This document shows, piece after piece, positions 35,901 to 41,634 of a stretch of DNA of 43,693 bases (positions are counted from its first letter, which is position 1; each line of letters begins with the position of its first letter). The stretch covers positions 1 through 43,693 of the forward strand of contig JBFWLW010000018.1 of NCBI GenBank assembly GCA_050251945.1, read 5' to 3'. The stretch is from Deferribacterales bacterium. GTDB lineage: Bacteria > Chrysiogenota > Deferribacteres > Deferribacterales > Geovibrionaceae. Both the position numbers and the translations under genes were made by a program. The notes below the pieces were generated by a model. That model had not been told where the DNA came from and searched no databases. It was given only the letters and a program-made list of their open reading frames with translations.

Positions 35901-37898
35901 ATATGCACCCTGAGTATCTGTTTGCGCCTCGAAGGTTGCATCACTGTCCACGTCAGTGATTGTAAGAACGCCGCCAGTGGTAAGGACAGTATCTGATTCT
36001 GTAAGATCGACTGTGTCGGAGCTTACAACTGCCGCATCATTGGTGCCTGTAACTGTGATTGTGAGTTTCGAGGTTGAAGTTGCTCCGTTCTCGTCTGTCA
36101 CAGTGTAGGGAATTTCTATTGCCGCTGTTTCACCTGCCGCGAGGTAATCGTAGCCCGATGCGTCGAACGTATATGAACCGTCGGAGTTCAGTGTGAAACC
36201 GTCAACTGTGCTGTCGGTGGAGAATGTAAGAACCGCACCGTCGTCAGCATCTGTAGCTGTGAGCTGACCTGTAATTGTCGAATCTTCATCAACTGCGCCA
36301 ACCGCAGCTTCAGCAACAGGCGCATCGTTGGTGCCAGTGACAGTGATTGTTATCTTGGATTCGGTAACAGCACCGGAATCATCAGTGACAGTGTATGAAA
36401 CAACGTAGGTTTCAGACTCGCCAACTGCGAGGTAGTCATAGTTTTCAGTGTTAAATTCATATGAGCCGTCGGAATTCAGTGTAAATCCTTCGGGAACAGC
36501 GCCTTTAGTGGCAAATGTCAGGTCGTCGCCGTCAACATCGGTAGCCGTAAGCTGACCTGTAAGGACGGAATCCTCTTCCGTTTCGGCTGTAACAGCCTCA
36601 GCAACGGGAGCATCGTTAACCGCCGCAATATCTATCTTTCCTGTGGCGGTTACGGTTTCCGTGCCGTCTGTTACAGAAAACTCGAACGTCGCCTGTCCAT
36701 TGAAATCCTGATCAGGGGTAAAAGTATATGTGCCGTCACCGTTATCAACTATTGTACCGCCAGTGACATTAGTGATTTCCACTATAGAAAGATCGTCGCC
36801 GTCGACATCAGTCGCCTGCGCAAGAAGCTCCTCCGCAGTAATGGTTATAGATGTGTCCTCTGTACCTGAATATGATATGTCGCTGACAACAGGTGCATCG
36901 TTTGTACCTGTTACAACGATTGTGATAGTTTCATAGCTTGTTTCGCCGTAAGGGTCTGTGACCATGTAATCGACAGTTAAGGTGGTCTGTTCTCCGGCGG
37001 CAAGGTAGTCATAGGATGACGGGTCGAAAGAATATGTTCCGTCGGAGTTAAGCGTGAATCCATCGGGAACGCCTGAAGACGCAACTTCAAACGTGAGGGT
37101 GTCGTTGACATCGGGGTCAACAGCGGTAAGCTGTCCAGTGACAACGTTTCCGTCCTCAACAGCGCTGATAACCTCCGCATATGCAACAGGTGCATCGTTA
37201 GTTCCTGTCACTACAACGTTTATAACCCCGTCCTCAGTGGAGCCGTCGGGGTATGTGATAACTATGTCAACATCATATTCAACGTCCTCGCCTTCGCCGA
37301 GGTAGTCATAATCGGAGATTGTGGGGTCTATGGTGTATGAACCGTCGGAATTAAGCACAAACCCGGGGGGGACTGTTGCGCCTTCCGCAAGGGAATATAC
37401 AGGGTCGCCTGTGGCTGTGGAGGTGGTTGTTTCATCATTGTTGTTATTACCTGTGTCGGTGTAAGAATCTTCCGTATCAGTTGTTGACTCAAGACTGCTG
37501 GAAGGGAGCAGATAGCTGCCGACGTACCCTTCGGAATCGTCGCCTTCGAGAACGTCGCTGACGAGTACGCTTGAGCCAGTGTCTTCACCGGCCGCAGTTT
37601 CTTCGTCTTCAGGAGAAAGGTCTTCACCTTTTTCCAGTGCATCCTGAAGCGCTTCGGCGTCCATCGCAACATCGTCGAAAGATGCTACAAGCGAATCGTC
37701 AATGGCGAGATGTTCGTTCGCTCCGATGGTCACTTCCCTGCCGTTTTCAAGCTGCAGAATGACCTTGGAACCGCTCATGGTCTCGATAACATCGCCGACG
37801 GCAACCATGTCGCCGGGGAATATTTGTTTGACTGAACCGTCGATACCGTGTAAAACTGCCTGACCGATAACCTGAACAACTTTTCCAATCGCAGCCAT
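26901..37898 (-). CDS. lapA: Giant T1SS-secreted repetitive adhesin (retention module, VCBS/cadherin-like repeats, DUF4114-like segment, vWA, C-terminal secretion region)
   Basis: MAAIGKV... retention module with ETAAG; ITGTNDA repeats; IDVSGSM vWA; start at the ATG after GAGGTG. Confidence 0.9.
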   Translation of the reverse strand: MAAIGKVVQVIGQAVLHGIDGSVKQIFPGDMVAVGDVIETMSGSKVILQLENGREVTIGANEHLAIDDSLVASFDDVAMDAEALQDALEKGEDLSPEDEETAAGEDTGSSVLVSDVLEGDDSEGYVGSYLLPSSSLESTTDTEDSYTDTGNNNNDETTTSTATGDPVYSLAEGATVPPGFVLNSDGSYTIDPTISDYDYLGEGEDVEYDVDIVITYPDGSTEDGVINVVVTGTNDAPVAYAEVISAVEDGNVVTGQLTAVDPDVNDTLTFEVASSGVPDGFTLNSDGTYSFDPSSYDYLAAGEQTTLTVDYMVTDPYGETSYETITIVVTGTNDAPVVSDISYSGTEDTSITITAEELLAQATDVDGDDLSIVEITNVTGGTIVDNGDGTYTFTPDQDFNGQATFEFSVTDGTETVTATGKIDIAAVNDAPVAEAVTAETEEDSVLTGQLTATDVDGDDLTFATKGAVPEGFTLNSDGSYEFNTENYDYLAVGESETYVVSYTVTDDSGAVTESKITITVTGTNDAPVAEAAVGAVDEDSTITGQLTATDADDGAVLTFSTDSTVDGFTLNSDGSYTFDASGYDYLAAGETAAIEIPYTVTDENGATSTSKLTITVTGTNDAAVVSSDTVDLTESDTVLTTGGVLTITDVDSDATFEAQTDTQGAYGKFSIGTDGTWTYTTDSTMDGLAEGETVTETFTVKSSDGTETTVTVNITGTNDAAVVSSDTVNLTESDTVLTTGGVLTITDVDSDATFEAQTDTQGAYGKFSIGTDGTWTYTTDSTMDSLAAGETVTETFTVKSADGTETTVTVNITGTNDAAVVSSDTVNLTESDTVLTTGGVLTITDVDSDATFEAQTDTQGAYGKFSIGTDGTWTYTTDSTMDSLAAGETVTETFTVKSADGTETTVTVNITGTNDAAVVSSDTVNLTESDAVLTAGGILTITDVDSDATFEAQTDTHGAYGKFSIGTDGAWTYTTDSTMDSLAEGETVTETFTVKSADGTETTVTVNITGTNDAAVVSSDTVNLTESDAVLTTGGILTITDVDSDATFEAQTDTQGTYGKFSIGTDGAWTYTTDSTMDSLAEGETVTETFTVKSADGTETTVTVNITGTNDAAVVSSDTVNLTESDTVLTTGGVLTITDVDSDATFEAQTDTQGAYGKFSIGTDGTWTYTTDSTMDSLAEGETVTETFTVKSADGTETTVTVNITGTNDAAVVSSDTVNLTESDTVLTTGGVLTITDVDSDATFEAQTDTQGAYGKFSIGTDGTWTYTTDSTMDSLADGETVTETFTVKSADGTETTVTVNITGTNDAAVVSSDTVDLTESDAVLTTGGVLTITDVDSDATFEAQTDTQGAYGKFSIGTDGTWTYTTDSTMDSLADGETVTETFTVKSADGTETTVTVNITGTNDAAVVSSDTVNLTESDAVLTTGGVLTITDVDSASEFEAQTDTQGTYGKFSIGTDGTWTYTTDSTMDSLAEGETVTETFTVKSADGTETTVTVNITGTNDAAVVSSDTVNLTESDTVLTTGGVLTITDVDSDATFEAQTDTHGAYGKFSIGTDGTWTYTTDSTMDSLAEGETVTETFTVKSADGTETTVTVNITGTNDAAVVSSDTVNLTESDAVLTTGGILTITDVDSDATFEAQTDTQGAYGKFSIGTDGAWTYTTDSTMDGLAEGETVTETFTVKSADGTETTVTVNITGTNDAAVVSSDTVNLTESDAVLTTGGILTITDVDSDATFEAQTDTQGAYGKFSIGTDGAWTYTTDSTMDSLAAGETVTETFTVKSADGTETTVTVNITGTNDAAVVSSDTVDLTESDTVLTTGGVLTITDVDSASEFEAQTDTQGTYGKFSIGTDGAWTYTTDSTMDGLAEGETVTETFTVKSADGTETTVTVNITGTNDAAVVSSDTVNLTESDAVLTTGGILTITDVDSDATFEAQTDTQGAYGKFSIGTDGAWTYTTDSTMDSLAAGETVTETFTVKSADGTETTVTVNITGTNDAAVVSSDTVDLTESDTVLTTGGVLTITDVDSASEFEAQTDTQGTYGKFSIGTDGAWTYTTDSTMDSLADGETVTETFTVKSADGTETTVTVNITGTNDAAVVSSDTVNLTESDAVLTTGGVLTITDVDSDATFEAQTDTQGAYGKFSIGTDGAWTYTTDSTMDGLAEGETVTETFTVKSADGTETTVTVNITGTNDGPVAGDVEFTTSEDTAIILTAEQILAQSDDVDGDDLTIASITNVTGGELVDNGDGTYTFTPDTDFNGDATFEFTVTDGTDISSATAKIVVTSDNDAPVTEAKNESVYEDTVLTGSIGATDADGDSLTYALVGTAPTGFTLNEDGTYTFDANSYDSLSEGETVDYEIRYSVSDGNGGTVESVLNIQVIGTNDAPVAHNVGISVSENGNSALLSLIASDVDSDQSDLTYALVEGQDIPDGLVFDADSKTVQFSAGSSYDYLTKGETVTYTVKYTVTDEYGASDEKSITITINGANDKPVISIENVETDVTFVSDGGSYTNALGVYTTDEDGNIVSGEFILLNSDTASVNELLATYQGEDVKFFIVTNVGSSFSGGEVTFTTDENGDVVLLVDGEEISNNVFYSDAELNSDGLDHFIENADGTIGIEDLVSGTGGYDGDFNDLVVKTTTYNAVYTENEAPISIASDVSISDVDSTEMKSMTITLTNMKDGDVLTVGDLPDGITVVSIENGVVKLEGVASVEDYEAALKAVMFSSTSEDPSTEDRVFRVVVTDDTGQSSGYSYVTLAVEAVDETYEAPVAVDDTATVTEVNDTIITGAAEVTKVETGTELNSDVSPESLGYTTATTYSTVSMNQNISVNSGYVIIENVPYTFNVNGDSGNGFVEIGNVASGATVNVNIGGGNDIVYLSGTVTGYVNVNGDSGYDVLVLSGSESDYTITTVNNNGTISAYITTADGGYIVANNIEEIRYGGYSESSYEYEVDVVTSQTLTDEGYVVIAVANGTLSAGVDNGDGTWTVSADELDGLTIIPNGAGTPDAAVVEVVDSGYVTDISDSIAQGNLITGTGADYDSDTSVSNLYITEVDGTTVSSTGETAIQGEYGTLYVKEDGTYRYELDNDSENLDNVNSDESVTEDFTYTLSDGTSTSEAKLTITVNGADDISISASSSVVDEGSTSVPVANLLFMIDVSGSMGNVITSEGDTRLDVLKDALSDLIDKYEEKGDIGGIQIVTFSTDAYSQTVNGSVWLTVDQAKSILESLRANGATDYDDALSKLMTTYSSDSAPSADYTHAYFVSDGAPSSEDYKINSSELAAWQSWLGDTVIDEVYAVGIGSGTDSEQLQIVAWSADGEGYADNVLVVPDDTLNADISAAAEQNSRESSVFNDVDIPDGLEAHLTTVTYAGLVYEFSDTVTEYTIDLGDNGSVVINSDGSYVFTAGTDVDQDVTSLLKYSFEVNEHDYSGTLSLTTENHIENIGDFSTYTSGYSVTETDSGFGVKGNYYDSSSKSGIGSGESLTIDFDSEVNTAKFDISGTVKSGSTYSVYDSDGNWVSNGTVTSGELTITSESGIGHVVFSGSSSSNYYVEPVSVEAKSGSDNVLAVFGDADSLDFSGLSDIDAIQMNDDSTAQTVTLSAQDVLSIADSDTHTLQVSGDSADTLVLSGDWKSTGDNTYCSTVNGTEVCIEINNDEHKLNIQFTDQGDGISG
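31340..36043 (-). repeat. 16 tandem 294-bp (98-aa) VCBS-type repeats inside the adhesin
   Basis: 16 occurrences of NDAAVVSSDTV at 294-bp period; boundaries approximate. Confidence 0.93.
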
Positions 37899-38086
37899 AA
37901 GACACCTCAAAGTAATAATAATCTTATTTCAAAGATTACACTATCCGCACATAAACACATCGTACCAAGGTACAGTTAAAGATATTTTTTAATATTTTTT
38001 CTCATTCAGTAGAGAGTGAATTTTAGCGCTATTGAAAAACAGAGGGTTTACGGCTATGCTTCTTTAAAATCAGCGGGTGAAAAATT

Positions 38087-38629
38087 GTGAAAAAAACGGT
38101 CGCGATCGCAGGGATACTGTCATGCATCGTCATACTATTCTTTGTATATCAGAAATTTATCAACCATAACCTGCATACTGTCGAAAAAGGCATGCTTTAC
38201 AGAAGCGCACAGCCAACGCCCGAAAGACTGAAAGAATATAAGGAAAAATACGGCATACGCTCCGTAATCAGCCTGCGCAGGGCAAGACCCGACAAAGAAT
38301 GGTACAGGCAGGAGATCACAGCGTCAGAGGAACTGGGACTGGAACATTACGACGTAGCCCTCTCCTCAACAATGCCCGCGCCCATGAAAAAGATGGAGGA
38401 GCTTGCGCAAATACTTAAAACTGCAAAACGCCCGATGCTTATCCACTGTCTCGGCGGGTCGGACAGAACGGGGCTTGGTGTTGCCATATATCTTTACGCC
38501 GTTAAAAACCAACCGCCGCAGATTGTTCTTAAAAAATCACTCAATGTCCTTTACGGACACTTTCCATATCTCTGGATGCAGACAGATGCTATGACGGAAA
38601 GCTTTCTCAGATTTACACAAAAAAATTAA
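38087..38629 (+). CDS. Membrane-anchored protein-tyrosine/dual-specificity phosphatase family protein
   Basis: N-terminal TM, LYRSAQP, HCLGGSDRTG (CX5R). Confidence 0.88.
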   Translation: MKKTVAIAGILSCIVILFFVYQKFINHNLHTVEKGMLYRSAQPTPERLKEYKEKYGIRSVISLRRARPDKEWYRQEITASEELGLEHYDVALSSTMPAPMKKMEELAQILKTAKRPMLIHCLGGSDRTGLGVAIYLYAVKNQPPQIVLKKSLNVLYGHFPYLWMQTDAMTESFLRFTQKN

Positions 38630-38653
38630 TACTTTTTTTATCCTTTTTTATCC

Positions 38654-38705
38654 TTGACAAACATTCGATTACGAATAATTTGATATCATATAATACGATA
38701 TGAGG
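38654..38705 (+). promoter_or_regulatory. marR promoter with repeated TTCGATATCGAA-like operator boxes
   Basis: TTGACA at 38654; boxes at 38664, 38679, 38694. Confidence 0.55.
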
Positions 38706-38710
38706 CGGAT

Positions 38711-39160
38711 ATGACAAAATACAAAGGAACAGAAGAAGAGGTTGAGGCGCTCAACACATATATAAAGCTGATGCGTGCGTCCAAAAGCGTTACAGACGCC
38801 GCCCACAGCCATCTGACAAAGCACAGGCTCACCGACACCCAGTTCGGTGTACTTGAAACGCTTTATCATTTGGGAGGCATGTGCCAGAGAGAGCTTGCGG
38901 AAAAGAACCTGACAAGCACGGCGAATATAACAACGGTCATCGACAACCTTGAAAAAAGGAAGCTTGTAGAAAGGGTCAGAAACGAAACGGACAGACGCTA
39001 CATAACCGTGAGCCTGACCGAAAGCGGAAAAGAACTTATCGGCGGGATATTTCCGGAGCATGTGAAATCAATCGTCAGAAGTTTCAAGGCTCTGGACAGG
39101 CAGGAAAAAGAAACCCTCGGCAATATCTGCAAAAAGTTGGGAAAAAGCCAGAAGGCTTAA
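38711..39160 (+). CDS. MarR-family repressor (MhqR-like)
   Basis: QFGVLETLYHLG...NITTVIDNLEK...DRR wHTH. Confidence 0.9.
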   Translation: MTKYKGTEEEVEALNTYIKLMRASKSVTDAAHSHLTKHRLTDTQFGVLETLYHLGGMCQRELAEKNLTSTANITTVIDNLEKRKLVERVRNETDRRYITVSLTESGKELIGGIFPEHVKSIVRSFKALDRQEKETLGNICKKLGKSQKA

Positions 39161-39177
39161 AAAAAATGAGGAAACAG

Positions 39178-39204
39178 TTCGATATCGAATTAGTTGATAT
39201 AACA
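39178..39204. promoter_or_regulatory. Putative MarR operator upstream of doxX
   Basis: Perfect palindrome TTCGATATCGAA (39178-39189) plus a weaker box 15 bp later. Confidence 0.55.
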
Positions 39205-39219
39205 CGAAGAAGATATAAA

Positions 39220-39672
39220 ATGCTGCGTAAACTTTTTATTACAACAGATACGTTTGCACCGACGATCGTAAGACTGGCACTGGGGATAGTCATCCTTCCC
39301 CACGGCGCCCAGAAACTTTTGGGATTGTTCGGCGGGTACGGCTTTTCAGGAACAATGTCCTTTATGACAGAAACAATGGGCATACCTGCCGTTTTTGCGT
39401 TTCTTGCCATAGTTGCCGAATTTTTCGGCGGGCTTGGGCTTATAACAGGAACTCTGACACGCCTCAGCGCATTGGGAACAGGTGTGACGCTGGCTGTTGC
39501 GGCGCTTATGGTTCACACCCAAAACGGGTTCTTTATGAACTGGTTCGGAAATCAGGCGGGTGAAGGATACGAATACCATATACTGTTTGTCGCCATGGCT
39601 CTTTCATTAGTGCTTACAGGCGGCGGAAGGTTTTCAATAGACAGATTCATTGCAGAAAAAATAGTTAAATAA
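39220..39672 (+). CDS. DoxX-family membrane protein
   Basis: RLALG...HGAQKL, EFFGG, GYEY, GGGRFSID; start moved to the internal ATG (MLRKLF). Confidence 0.9.
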   Translation: MLRKLFITTDTFAPTIVRLALGIVILPHGAQKLLGLFGGYGFSGTMSFMTETMGIPAVFAFLAIVAEFFGGLGLITGTLTRLSALGTGVTLAVAALMVHTQNGFFMNWFGNQAGEGYEYHILFVAMALSLVLTGGGRFSIDRFIAEKIVK

Positions 39673-39684
39673 CGGAGGCATATT

Positions 39685-40287
39685 ATGAGCTATCAGGAAT
39701 TTTTAAACAGTGTAAAAGCAAGAAGAACATACTACGGAATATCAAACGAAGCTATCGTACCTGAAAACGTAGTTGAATCCATCGTCGAACAGGCGGTTAA
39801 ATACGCGCCGTCGTCTTTCAACTCGCAGAGTTCAAGAGTTGTCGTTCTTTTCGGCAAACAGCATGAAAAACTCTGGAACATCGCAAAAGAGGCGCTTCGT
39901 AAAATAGTTCCTGCGGAAGCCTTTGCACAGACAGAGGAGAAAATAGATTCCTTTAAAGCGGGATACGGCAGTGTGCTTTATTTTGAAGATCAGACGGTGA
40001 TCAAAGGACTTCAGGAAAGTTTCCCCCCATATGCGGCGAACTTCCCGGTATGGTCCAACCACTCTTCAGGCATGCTCCAGTTCGTCGTCTGGACGGCTCT
40101 GGAACAGACCGGACTCGGCGCATCTCTCCAACACTATAACCCGCTGATAGATGCGGACGTGAAAAAAGAATGGAACATTCCCGAAAGCTGGTCTCTGCTG
40201 GCACAGATGCCATTCGGCAAACCCGTGGCGCAGCCCGGGGAAAAAGAATTTGCACCCATTGAAACAAGGATGAAAGTTTACAGATAA
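39685..40287 (+). CDS. Nitroreductase family protein (HBN1/FRM2-like)
   Basis: RRTYY, PSSFNSQS, GASLQHYN, AQMPFG; GGAGG RBS. Confidence 0.92.
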   Translation: MSYQEFLNSVKARRTYYGISNEAIVPENVVESIVEQAVKYAPSSFNSQSSRVVVLFGKQHEKLWNIAKEALRKIVPAEAFAQTEEKIDSFKAGYGSVLYFEDQTVIKGLQESFPPYAANFPVWSNHSSGMLQFVVWTALEQTGLGASLQHYNPLIDADVKKEWNIPESWSLLAQMPFGKPVAQPGEKEFAPIETRMKVYR

Positions 40288-40288
40288 G

Positions 40289-40471
40289 CCGCAGGGAGGC
40301 GAAAGCCTCCCTTGATTGTTGGCAAAACTGATAAGGGATTCGATCGCTTCGTCACTGCGTTTCTCGCGAAGACGGATACCTGTCTCTGCGAGGGCTTCAG
40401 CCCGAAGCAGTCCGATTGCCATTTATAGGTAATAAGTTTATCAAAAACCGCAGGGAGGCGAAAGCCTCCCT
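40289..40471. mobile_element. MITE-like element (40313-40447) flanked by an exact 24-bp duplicated hairpin and carrying REP doublet copy 5 (40342-40412)
   Basis: CCGCAGGGAGGCGAAAGCCTCCCT at 40289-40312 and 40448-40471; imperfect terminal IRs TTGTTGGCAAAACT / AGTTTATCAAAAA. Confidence 0.7.
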
Positions 40472-40474
40472 GTT

Positions 40475-41167
40475 TTATTTTTCAGCTATGAATATATACC
40501 CTTCGCCCCAGACGGTTCTTATGAATTTCGGGTTCTTCGGATCATCACCCAGCTTTGTCCTGAGCCTGCTCACCGTAACATCGGCTGTCCGGTTGAACGC
40601 CTCGCAGTCTATGCCTTTCAGTTCGTTCAGTATTCTGTCCCTGTCAAGAACGCGGTATGGATTGCGCACCATGAGCGCCAAAACAACAAACTCCGCGCGG
40701 GTCAGTTCCAGTTCGGCATCGTTCAGCAAGGCACTGAAAGTTTTTGTATCGACACAGAGTCCGCCGAACCTGTAAAGGCTGTCCGTCTGCGGTTCCGGCT
40801 GTTTCTCCGAACGTTTCAGCACTGCGGATATTCTGGCGACGAGTTCACGCGGTTCAAAAGGTTTTGCAAGATAATCGTCGGCACCGGATTCAAGCCCCGC
40901 TATCCTGTCCTCCACTGCGCCTCTGGCGGAAAGCATTATGACAGGAATATCCGACAATTTCCTGATCCGTCTGCACAGTTCAAATCCGTTCATTTTCGGC
41001 ATCATAACGTCAAGAACGATTATGGACGGAAACGAAGAGGCAAGGTATCCTTCCGCCTCCGAAGGATCGTTAATACTGTCGACGGTATAGGAGAATTCGC
41101 CAAGATACCTTGTAAGCATCCTGCAAAGCTTCACGTCGTCATCAACTATCAGAACCCTGTTCTCCAT
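40475..41167 (-). CDS. OmpR-family response regulator
   Basis: VDDD, LDVMMP, GADDYLAKPF, RLRTKL, TVWGEGY. Confidence 0.95.
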   Translation of the reverse strand: MENRVLIVDDDVKLCRMLTRYLGEFSYTVDSINDPSEAEGYLASSFPSIIVLDVMMPKMNGFELCRRIRKLSDIPVIMLSARGAVEDRIAGLESGADDYLAKPFEPRELVARISAVLKRSEKQPEPQTDSLYRFGGLCVDTKTFSALLNDAELELTRAEFVVLALMVRNPYRVLDRDRILNELKGIDCEAFNRTADVTVSRLRTKLGDDPKNPKFIRTVWGEGYIFIAEK

Positions 41168-41174
41168 TTTTCAC

Positions 41175-41264
41175 CTATCTCGGCGCGAAAATAACTGCCG
41201 TCATCAGCACTGCTATAAATATACCAGCGGTGAGAAATAGCGCAATCGTATTAATCTGCTTCAT
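41175..41264 (-). CDS. Small 29-aa single-TM protein (MKQINTIALFLTAGIFIAVLMTAVIFAPR)
   Basis: ATG preceded by AAAGGT; overlaps the upstream stop by 14 nt and ends 7 nt before the regulator ATG; hydrophobic core. Confidence 0.6.
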   Translation of the reverse strand: MKQINTIALFLTAGIFIAVLMTAVIFAPR

Positions 41265-41622
41265 TTTTAAACCTTTCAATGTCCGAAAATGCTGTTATGT
41301 CGTTTCCGAAATGCACAAGATACTCGCCGCAAACGGGCAGCCAGTATCCGTCGTATACGACACCTCTGTCTGCGGCATATGCAACATGCCTGACTGCTTT
41401 TCCCGATTTTTTTGCCGCACCGGCTTTACATCCGGAATGGTCTCCGCCAAGTGAAAAGCATTTAACTCCTAAAGGAGTTCCCAGAGCGGCACAGGTGTCG
41501 TTGACAGCGACTATCTCGTGTCCGTATGTTATCAGCATCACAGGAGACGGATAATTTCCCCACATCATTCTGAATGCCTCGACCACTTCTTCTTTTGTTT
41601 TATTCAGTTCTGTTGTTTCCAT
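41251..41622 (-). CDS. Hypothetical protein, stand-alone PAS-like domain with Cys residues
   Basis: PSPVMLI...EIVAVN and terminal NDIT are PAS-like; GVKC...GCK; ATG after GAGGA RBS. Confidence 0.75.
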   Translation of the reverse strand: METTELNKTKEEVVEAFRMMWGNYPSPVMLITYGHEIVAVNDTCAALGTPLGVKCFSLGGDHSGCKAGAAKKSGKAVRHVAYAADRGVVYDGYWLPVCGEYLVHFGNDITAFSDIERFKNEAD

Positions 41623-41634
41623 TTTTTTCCTCAC

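Noticed and set aside
31072..35913. Series of ~83-aa plus-strand ORFs at 294-bp period
   Set aside because: Antisense shadows of the adhesin repeats, not independent genes.
31340..36043. Diversity-generating retroelement template/variable repeats
   Set aside because: Variation is not adenine-specific, repeats are in-frame tandem coding units, and no reverse transcriptase is in the window.
40066..40422. 118-aa minus-strand ORF
   Set aside because: Begins inside the MITE/REP and runs antisense to the nitroreductase; contains the same repeat-derived RSDEAI peptide.
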